Part shown: in pieces, positions 51,038 through 61,800 of the stretch
How positions within the stretch are numbered: the stretch's first letter is position 1
How the letters are laid out: each line of letters opens with the position of its first letter
DNA from: Raillietiella orientalis
Lineage: Eukaryota
Assembly (NCBI GenBank): GCA_036172245.1
Contig: JAYWIR010000044.1
Coordinates: 1,612,001-1,676,000, forward strand
DNA: 64,000 nt
Reading direction: 5' to 3'
Notes under the pieces: model-generated
Seen by the model: only the letters and a program-made list of their open reading frames with translations
Databases searched by the model: none
What the model was told of the DNA's origin: nothing
Position numbers and translations under genes: made by a program

Positions 51038-51450
51038 CGCCGAATCCCCGGGGCAGACGTTGCACAGGGAACTCTTTGCAGAACTCCCGGACCGAGTCCT
51101 TAAATAGGTCCCAATCCGCGAGACTCTGGATGCTGACGCCTTGCAGGAATTCGCGAAGATGTTCTTTCGCTCCTGACAGGCGCATCCAGTCCTCTGGGAT
51201 ACGTTAATCCCTGGATGGTTTCGGCGATGCTCCCCGGATACGCCAAGACGTTTATTAAAAACATTTCGACAGTCAATACAGATCGTGGTACAAGGTCCCA
51301 CTGACGGCCACGTAATGCCGGACCTTCCGCTTCACCGGGACGCAGCCCGGTGTGGCTCTTCTCGGCAGTGAGAGGGGATGGGGGAAAAAACAAAAAGAAA
51401 AATAAACCAGAAAACAACAACAAAAAAAAAAATTGGTGCACAAATTATTC
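51038..51450 (-). mobile_element. A-related APE-RT linker fragment (51038-51226) plus an A-related 3'UTR (51227-~51450)
   Basis: Matches 29556-29737 and 32470-32670 respectively. Confidence 0.85.
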
Positions 51451-51459
51451 ATGCTGATC

Positions 51460-54029
51460 CGTGAACGTGGGATGAACTCAACTCATTCCTGTCAGCTTGA
51501 GTAGATCTCCTTTCTAAGGGAGGAGACTTGCGCAACGTTAGCAACTGGCGTCCCATCACTGTAGTGAATGTGGACGGAAAGTTGCTCGCCACACTCTGGG
51601 CTGAGCGGATGGGACGAGTAGCGGAATCCGTGGTCAGTCCGGAGCAGACATACGCTGTTCCCGGACGAACCATTGAGGCCAACCTGTTCCTCGCCAGCGC
51701 CTTTGGGCAGTTGCAACAACGCGAAGCGCAGCTAGTTCGGGAGAGTCTTGGACTCTCTACTGAGCGGGAAGAAGGAAGCCGGGGGGGAGATGCAGCGTCT
51801 GGAACCCTTGTTGTCGCAATCGATTTGCGTAAAGCTTTCGATCGCGCCGACCAGAAGCTCCTTCTGGACCTCCTGGAACGCATGAAATTTCCGGCCGTCT
51901 TCCTGGCCTACCTGCACTCCTTTTGGCGCTTTGCGTCAAGTAGCATTAATTTGAGCGTCCGGCACGTGTACGGCGTGCCGGTTCGTCGTGGCATACGGCA
52001 GGGTGACAACCTGAGCCGTCTGCTCTTCAGCATCTACTTCGAGTTGTTGTTGAGAGCATACAGGGAGACCTTGGCAACCCTGTTGAGCTGGTGTCCCGGC
52101 ACGCCTGTCGTGTCGGCCTATGCAGACGACCTTCTTCTACTGCATACCGGATCCACCCCGGCGTCGGCGCTCGAGGATTTCTTCGAGTTGCTGCACCGTG
52201 GGATGGGCCTCCAAGTAGACAGGACGGAGTCGGCGTTACTATTCACGGAATCGACGCGGGCCGGAAGGTCGGACTCAATTCGCCTGGGGATCCCTACGGG
52301 CAGGTACATTGAGTGGCTTGGCGTTTTGTTGGGGGACTTCTGCGCTGCAGAATCTCTGTCCAACCGTCTCCAAAAAGTGGAGTTGGCGATCGGCCCGTTC
52401 CGGGACGGCAAGTTTTACTTGTAGGAGCGGGCAGCGGTGTGGAAAGCTTTCGCAACCCCTCTCCTTCGCCCCCTACTTTAAGTGTGCTCCATCCCACCAC
52501 AAATAAGGACACGGACAAGGGACCTCCTACAGAAAGCCCTTTGGGGCAATCGGAATCCCCGCGTCCGGCTCGAAGACTTGTGCAGTCCACGCAGGGACGG
52601 TGGAATTGGTTTCCTAACGCTGGAGCGCATGGAGCCACAGCTCCAATTCAAGAAACTTGCCCTTGTGGGAAGGTTTTGGACAGCACCCTGGTGTGCTCTA
52701 TGGAAACTCCTCGGCCACAGGGCAACCGGCTGCCACGGATTGACCTCAATCCTGGTAGCCAACTATTGTAGCCTAAACCATTGTGGGTTTCTGCTTCAGA
52801 ATCTGGTTGCTACTGTGAAGGAGAATCCGTGGATCTCCTGCATCCCAGCTGTCTGGAATATCTGGCTCCAGTTGTCCGTTTCCGCATGGTCGAAGGTCAA
52901 CGGCTCCAGCGATGAGGACTTCCGCCTCCGTACCTGCAGGTACGCTTGTCAGCCACTGCAGGAGATCGTGTCCAACCCACGAAAACTTCCTTGGCATTCT
53001 TTCACTCCCCTTGCCCCCGTGCTGCTTTCCCTCCGGGAAGTCAGGGACAGCCAACAGGAGGCATCGTGAAAAGTGTCCTGCCTCATTGGAGGCAGGAAAA
53101 AAGTATTGAAGGCGTAAACGTCCCGGGAATTAGCGGACGCTAGTACCCCGAGTGTCCCGCCGAATGGACTTTTACGCTGGAACGCGCTCTGGACGTACCT
53201 CCGGAGGAGGTGAAGTGGCCTTCGGCGTCTTGGCACAACGGCACCCTTCCCCTGCAGTGGCAGGAGACGGTGTTGCTTCTGCTCCACTGGGGACTTTTAA
53301 GCAGAGCACGCCTGTCTCGCTGGACATCGGGGAGTGTGGCTGCTAATTGCACAGACTGCGGGGATAGAGAAACCTGTCCTTACTTCATCCTAGAGTGCGT
53401 TGCCCTTCGCGATATGTGGGACCGACTCTCGTCGATCTTGAACATTCCGCGGGGCGACCCGAAGAACATCTTTCGACTCCTGATGCGGGACTCCTTGCCA
53501 GCTTCCAGGTGTGTAGCAGTGCTCTGTTGCATACGCAGTATTCCGCGTATGCAACAGAGCACTGCTGCATACGCGGAATACTGCACAAGTGGACCGCGTC
53601 AAGTAGAGGCCATACCAGTTGTAATGCCCTCCACTGAGCAGCTATCCCCTTAGAGAAGGCCTGCCGTTAAGCCGACTTCGAAAACATTTACAGGCTTTCG
53701 TCCGTATCCGTGAACGGAAGCAGGGGCCTCATCGCGACGTACCGTGATCCCTTCCCTTCCCCCCTCTCCAAAAGAACATTACCCCCCAGGCGTTGTCTGT
53801 TTTTTTTTTCTTTTATTTTTGTTTTCCCGCCCCTGAGCCACTGTGGAGGACCTTATCGATCTGCGGTTCGGTGAGGACAAGACCCTTAAGACAGTCGTTT
53901 CATGTGTTCCGACTGGAAAACAAGCAGAACAACGAAAACTTGACTACTTAAAAATGAAGACTTTATTATGGAATTTTTTGTATTGTAAAAATTTTAATAA
54001 TAAGAGCCCTGGCTCACCCGTGTGAAAAA
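51460..54029 (+). mobile_element. Family E LINE RT to CCHC (to ~53540), then a further 3' fragment/3'UTR (~53585-54029)
   Basis: WRPIT, DLRKAFD, RQGD, YADD, NCTDCGDRETCPYFILEC; TGATCCCTTCCC at 53745; degenerate terminal motif at ~53996-54029. Confidence 0.87.
53515..53584. repeat. Double fold-back (two overlapping inverted repeats)
   Basis: 53515-53536 pairs with 53545-53566; 53535-53553 pairs with 53566-53584. Confidence 0.92.
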
Positions 54030-55860
54030 CTACCAATAGGAAATTAGCTTATGAGCTCCTCGTCCCTTTGACTAAGATCAGTACACGTTAATTTTAACCA
54101 GGAACGAATTTCAATAATGCATTGTTCCTATCGTTATGGAAGTGACCGCGGAATGTTTAAATTCAACTTTGCTTGACATCCAACTGCCCATGTGCTAAGA
54201 AATTCACGAAGTCTCCTGAAGTAATGAATACATGATTCTCTAGAGGAAGGATTTCCATGATGAATTTTCACTTTTATTTACTGAGAAAGCCGATAGATCC
54301 AGTGATGAAGAACAAAGCACATTCCAGTAAAGCTAATCAAGAAGACAAAATTCCATGTGCTTTGAATCAACATGATTTTAAACTATCTTTCATCACGGAA
54401 ATAGAATCTGCTTCTGAAGAAGCTTTTGCAAATTTCATTTAATGATATGAATTCTTCATTCAAACTTTATTCAGAAACAAAAACTTGAGAATCTGAAACC
54501 AAACAATTCATAAAATGCAGACATTGGTATTTTTAAAGCTGCAAAGGGAAATTGGTTTCTAAAACATGCTGTGTGTTTGAAGATCCTTACTCCATAAAGA
54601 ATATTCTATAATTTGAAATGAATGCTTAGACGGACCAACAATTTCTATGAGCAGCAAATAAGAAACATTCGGTTGATTTCTTATGTGCATCTTTTGGAGA
54701 AAAGTAACGAACTCTCCTCCTTGTATTCTCAGAAGAACACGCTGCTGCAGAAGGCAGACTGGTATGAGTTTACCTCCATTCCTGTGTATAGAGTCCTTCA
54801 ATGTATCCACGAGTTTTCATTTAACTGCAATTTAATGAGCTTCAATTTGCGAAACAAACTTCACAAGAGAACTAGGAAACTTTATTCTCAGCAATTCAAG
54901 GTCTGCCATGACCCTCCGAATCATATGCTTCTTACGTCAACTAAAACTGATGGTTGTCGAACAGGGTCGCAGTGCAAAGTGCAAGGCACTGATCCAACAT
55001 TCTCTCCTGGGTAGAGCCTAAAATGCAACAGACGGTAAACAAGAAAATGGCGGCAAAAATAATCCACGAAAAGATAAGCAACGAAAAATCAAAGCCTACT
55101 CTTTCGAGGTAGATATTACCCTATGTTGTTTCAAATTTAGAAAAAGCAGGGATGACAATCCACAACGCAATTACTGTTCGGTGTTTACAGATCGTCCCTC
55201 GATAAAACAAATTGGCCGAAGGATTGAGAACCCTACAGTTTTTCAAATTCCTCAGAACATATTCATGCAAAAGCATGCATTCATCATATTTCGCATATCA
55301 GCATAACACTCTCAGAAATTCAAGAAGAACAAAATCCATTCCCAAGAAGAAAACCGACGTTTAGCATCCAAACACTCAAAACTAAAAACCACAAGAGAGA
55401 AAGACATACCACTGCGTGCTAGCCGAATAACGGAGGTAGCAACTATTCGACAATCCATGGAGAAAGAAAATGACGTTCTCTCTTGAAAGAGGACCCGTTA
55501 CCTGAAATACCTTAAACGTATGATAACATGGAGAACATTACTCACAAAAATACCAATCTCACAAATACTAGACAGTTGACCAACGGAACCATAAGACATT
55601 TGGCAATGTCCGGTCGTCTTGTCGAAGAACAAATCACAAGGTCCCCGAAACTGACGAAAATCAAGTAAATCGGTTAATGATCTTTCTAACGTAGAAGTGA
55701 AGTTGCCTGCAGCAACATCTGCGAAAATTGTTGCAAAACGGAGAACAACGAAAGCAGTAATCTAGAAAAACCAAAATTAAAAAAAACAAACGCAGCCAAC
55801 ATAAGAAAAGAGTATAAAAACCAAACGAGTGACAAAGAACAAATCAGAGAAACAGACTTC

Positions 55861-58800
55861 CGAAAAAATAGAAAACTCTTTCCAGACACAGAACACGTTA
55901 GTTTCAAGTGCAAGTCTTCCATCTCATTCCACATCAAGATCAACGGGTGCAGAACCGCAGACAATAATCCAATGAAACCAAAACTTAACCAGATGTATCC
56001 AGAACAGCAGAGGAAAGAACAAGAGCAGCATATCCTTCATAACAAATAAAATAGATCAAGAAAAGAAGTTACCAACCACAAGATGATACACTTGTTGGAA
56101 ATTCTCGAAGCGGAAATTCAGAAACCGGCAATGCAACGGAAGAAACGAATCATGGGAAAAATTCGAAGTACCACGAAGTCATTGACGTGCGAATACAAGC
56201 AGCAGCTAAATCACTGAGAAAGCCTCCAAGCGAACAGGCGAACGATTCGTACCACAACGCTCTGTTAACCCGTAAATAAAGGATTCAGTAGACAATGTCC
56301 AGAAATCGTCTTGCATGCGAAACAAGAACTGAAATCCTACAAGAAACATGCATTGAAAAACCAACTACTGCTTACGATGTTGAATTGAAGTGACAGCATC
56401 CTTTCTCTCGAAATATGAGCTAAAACAGACGCAGAATGCTGCAACAGATTGAGAAAAGCACAACGCTCCGCTGGGTTTTATACAGATTTACTCGCGGTTT
56501 CCTCCAGCACATGGAATTTCCTCCCCCCTCCTTCTCCTACGCGGTCCTTGCAACAAGTGCTGGCATCTCTCTCGTCTTGCCGCGGAAACCAACGGATAAT
56601 TTACTTTCCCACATCGGAGGACGTTCTCGGCAGAACGCAGGCGGAGAAATTATTCGCATTCGTGGAAAAACTCGCCCACAACATGGTAAACGGAATGCTC
56701 TCGAAGTGAGAAAGAAACCTCAAAGAGTTTGCAACATAACATGCAATACGAGAAAACGGAGAGCTGACTGGAGGTGACGAACCATGACAGCTTTCAAGTC
56801 TGATTGGGAAAAAGCATTGAACAAGATAGGAGACGTCCATAAGAAGATTGCGACGGGAGACAAGCAGCAGCAGGCGAGAAATAAATTTTCCGACACCGAA
56901 GGTTGCGAAAAGGGTTCCCTTTAACACGTGAACATCCCGCTGGAGCATGTCGAATAACGGCAGATTTGAGAATAACGTGTGCAAGCGCAACAAGGCAGGA
57001 GTATACCACCTGTACCGTCGCAGCGAACGCACCACTGGCAAAAGCAGGCAACTGCGAACAGGGAAGAGCCTATCGTGGGGCGAAGAAATGAGCACGGGAA
57101 CCAGGTGCGAAGGAACAAAGGCTGGAAGTGCAATTTGCTTTCGCAAGCTCACACCACTCCTTGCATGCGGAAGCTACTTGTACATTCGGCACGTACGGAA
57201 AAGTTAAGGGGTTCGATGCGTGGCCCACTCACCTCCAGAAAACAATGAAAATGAGGTATCTCCATAGAAAACTGCAATCCACCGCCGACGGCATTTTCAT
57301 TTCCAGCTACGGAAAAGAATACGAAAAAAAATCCTTCAAAAGCTATCGTACACAATAATTCGTATTTTATTAGAGGGTGTTTTCGTTCTTCTGTGATGAC
57401 AGTATCAAGCTCTTCGCGACTTTTCTGAGGAACAGTTTGCTCCAAACAAGTTGCCGGAAGAGGTTCGTGCAAGGATATTGAAGCCTTGAGGAACAAACAC
57501 AGAAGAAATAAAATCATCATGAGTGGAGAGGAAATCGCAGCTTGTCCGCTACTGTCCTTATTATCCCCTCAATGATGCTGTCAAATTCGTGCTCGTTCCG
57601 TACTATGCGCGTGCGTCTCACCACGGTTGTTTTGATACCATATCCTTCGACAATCCGAAGGACATAGCTTCTTTATATTTCCTACTTCTTTCGTCACTGC
57701 TCCTAGCGGTCACGGTTTCGCAAACAGGGCACAATACTGAGATCGCTCAGGCAAGCAACATTTGTTCGCTCGCGCAGAGAAATCAAATGCCCTCTGGAGG
57801 CCTTTCGGAAGTTCTGGAACGTAGTGAAACGTCCACACGCCGGTAAGGAGCAAACTCAATAAGCAGGAGTGCCAAGTTTCCATTTTGCCTCTTCTTTTTC
57901 ATTCTGGTGCCAGACCATTTCTCATCAACTGATGAGATTCGCTTTCCATGAGTAGACTGAGTGTAACAGTCGCGAAGCAGTGTTCCCCTCACAGAAGAAG
58001 CATCAATTCGTCGCTAAACGGCGTGGAGATCTTTGATGCTTGCAACGGGATCTCGATGGATCCGCTTGACGGTGAATTCTTTTCACATGAAAGCAAAGCA
58101 AGGTGAATGTTTTAGCTCTGAACGCACCGCCCAGTATTTCAACATCAGCATGTTTAATGCAGCCTAGCAGTGTATCTTCTATGCTGCGGTGTGCAAGCTG
58201 TCTGGGTTCCTGTGTAGCCATGATAGAGTTATACCAAAAATACTTGTCTGTGCTCAAAGAGTGTTTCTGGGGTAGTCCATCTGATCCTTCAGTAAGCAAC
58301 GAGATCAGAATTTCCTCTTTCCAGCTCCTCAGCGTGCAGAGCATCTAAGGGTCATCTTGAACAGAGGTCATCGTCTGCGGATGCTGGTTGCCAAACAGCG
58401 GTCACCAGCTTTGGCACATTGGAAGAACCATAGTTAATTAGTCTCCGCAGCATGAAAAACAAATGATTACGAGCAATAAGTAGGCATTACGAAGAATGCT
58501 GTTCCCAAGTATCAAAAAACAGCTTCAGCAGCATTAAGAGCACACACTTTGGACTCACTTTTACAATGGGGAGTTGCGCTGCACATTCAAATTGTCATTT
58601 GTCAAAATTCTATCCGGGATGAGTACGGAAAAACCCAGTCCACGTGAACGCAACACGGGAAGCACGGCGGAAGCATGTGTTAGAAAAGTGCAAAATACAT
58701 TTGCAAGAACCATTTGCTTTGTTGAATTCTTGTTTTTCCTGATCCATGCACTGAGATAAAATGAATGTAGGGGAGTCTAAAGGATGAGCAGTCGCATTCC

Positions 58801-61800
58801 TGAAAATGAAGAAGAAGAAGAACTGGCACAACTCTCGGCATGATTCTGGAGACCGCAGCACACGCGTGTGTTTCAGCGGTTGTGCCCACAATGCCAGACA
58901 TCTCCAAGCTCCATCACAGGAAAGGCGACAGACTTCACGTTGCTGCTGTTTCAAACGCCAGTATAATGATTCCATTTATTTCCATACTAAGTGGAATCCG
59001 ATTGTCTCGTATCCTGAATGGAAGCAGCGGAGATCGTGGCGAGATGCATCGAGAAAACGCAAAATGTTATTGAGGAACGCTCGTTTCTTAGCCACGATAC
59101 CACTGTCTGTTCGCATGTTCCTGCAGATTTGCTTGCATGCAGTGAGAGACTCGTCCATCAGACATAACGGCCGCAGTTCGATTCTCTTTGAGCGAACGAA
59201 ATGCTCTCTCTGACACCCTGCGATTGGAACAGATTTGCTTCTTCAGTGTTATTTCTGATGCACTCTGCTTACGGTGTTGACCACATTAGTAGACTGTATT
59301 TTAGTTTCCAGCTGAAAGAACACTTGCGGATGCATTGTGGAGGGCGCCAGAGATCTTTTTGCGCATGCATTCAGGAAAATATTAGATCTGCCAGAATGTT
59401 CGAGGACACCGCTGAAGATGTCCGCAAACAGATTTGAAGGGTTTGCAGAAAGCAAGCCTTCTGCTTTAAAAAAGAAAGTTGATTATAGCAGGAGGTGAAT
59501 AGTATGGCATGTTGTTTTATTCATAAATTTGCATATAAATAAAACGTGGGTTCGTTTGTGATGTGGCGCTTTCATCTTCAGGTGCAGTTTCTTCCAAAAA
59601 ACCTCTGTTTATTTTGCTGACTGGAAACTATTAGATCTGCCAGAATATTCGAGAACACCGCTAAAGTTGTCCGCAATAGATTTAAAGGGTTTCCAGAATG
59701 CAAGCAGTCAGCGTTGAAAAAGAAAGTTGATTATAGCAGAAGGTGAATACTATGCCATTTCCTTTTAATCATAAATTTGCATATAAATAAAACCTAGGTT
59801 CGGTTGTGATGTGGCGCTTTCATCTTCAGGTGCAGTTTCTTCCACAAAACCTCTGTTTATTTTGCTGACTGTTTGCACGAAAAGGCCGCTGACGCCCTCC
59901 ACAATGCATCCGCAAGTGTTCTCTCAACTGGAAACTAAAATACAGTCTACTAATGTGGTCAACACCGTAAGCAGAGTGCATCAGAAATAACACTGAAGAA
60001 GCAAATCTGTTCCAATCGCAGGGTGTCAGAGAGAGCATTTCGTTCGCTCAAAGAGAATCGAACTGCGGCCGTTATGTCTGATGGACGAGTCTCTCACTGC
60101 ATGCAAGCAAATCTGCAGGAACATGCGAACAGACAGTGGTATCGTGGCTAAGAAACGAGCGTTCCACAATAACATTTTGCGTTTTCTCGATGCATCTCGC
60201 CACGATCTCCACTGCTTCCATTTCGGACACGAGACAATCGGATTCCACTTAGTATGGAAATAAATGGAATCATTATACTCGCGTTTGAAACAGCAGCAAC
60301 GTGAACTCTGTCGCCTTTCCTGTGATGAAGCTTGTAGATGTCTGCCATTGTGGGCACAACCGCTAAAACACACGCGTGTGCTCCGGTCTCCAGAATCATG
60401 CCGAGAGTTGTGCCAGTTCTTCTTCTTCTTCATCTTCAGAAATGCGACTGCTCATCTTTTGGACTCCCCTACTTCATCTCAGTGCATGCATCAGGAAAAA
60501 CAAGAATTTAGCAAAGCAAATGGTTCATGCAAATGTATTTTGCACTTTTCTCACACATGCTTCCGTCGTGCTTCCCGTGTTGGGTTCAGGTGGACTGGGC
60601 TTTTCCGTACTCATCCCGGATAGAATCTTGACAAATAACAATTGGAATGTGCAGCGCAACTCGCCATTGTCAAAGTGAGTCCAAAATGTGAGCGCTTAAT
60701 AATGCTTAAGCTATTTTTTTATACTTGGGAACAGCATTATTCGTAGTGCTTACTCATTGCTCGTAATCATCTGTTTTTCATGCTACGGTGACTAATTGAC
60801 AATGGTTCTTTCAATGTGCGAAAGCTGGTAACCGCTGTTTGGCATCCAGCTTCCGGAGACGATGACTTCTGTTCAAGATGACGCTTAAATGCTCTGCACG
60901 CAAAGGAGGTGAAAGATGGAAATTCAGATCTGGTTGCTTAATTAAGGATCAAACGGTTCCCCCAAGAACACTGCTTGAGCACAGACAAGTGTTGTTGGTG
61001 TACCTCTATCATGGCTACGTAGGAACCCAGACACCTTGCACACTGCAGCATAGAAGATACACTGCTAGGCTGCATTAAACATGCTGATGTTGAAATACTG
61101 GGCGGTGCGTTCAGAGCTAAAACATTCACCTTGCTTTGCTTTCATGTGAAAAGAATTCACCGTCAAGCGGATCCATCGAGATCCCGTTGCAAGCATCAAA
61201 GATCTCCACGCCGTTTAGCGACGAATTGATGCTTCTTCTGTGAGGGGAACACTGCTTCGCGACTGTTACACTCAGTCTACTCATGGAAAGCGAATCTCAT
61301 CAGTTGATGAGAAATGGTCTGGCACCAGAATGAAAAAGAAGAGGCAAAATGGAAACTTGGCACTCCTGCTTATTGAGTTTGCTCCTTACCGGCGTGTGGA
61401 CGTTTCACTACGTTCCAGAACTTCCGAAAGGCCTCCAGAGGGCATTTGATTTCTCTGCGCGAGCGAACAAATGTTGCTTGCCTGAGCGATCTCAGTATTG
61501 TGCCCTGTTTGCGAAACCGTGACCGCTAGGAGCAGTGACGAAAGAAGTAGGAAATATAAAGAAGCTATGTCCTTCGGATTGTCGAAGGATATGGTATCAA
61601 AACAACCGTGGTGAGACGCACGCGCATAGTACGGAACGAGCACGAATTTGACAGCATCATTGAGGGGATAATAAGGACAGTAGCGGACAAGCTGCGATTT
61701 CCTCTCCACTCATGATGATTTTATTTCTTCTGTGTTTGTTCCTCAAGGCTTCAATATCCTTGCACGAACCTCTTCCGGCAACTTGTTTGGAGCAAACTGT

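Noticed and set aside
2087..54029. Recurrent ~25-nt hairpin as a CRISPR repeat, attC site or terminator
   Set aside because: The copies are kilobases apart, on both strands, always at LINE 3' ends; there are no cas or integrase genes.
1..54029. RIP-like hypermutation
   Set aside because: The copies remain GC-rich with long open frames, and the scattered stops fit ordinary decay; this was not quantified.
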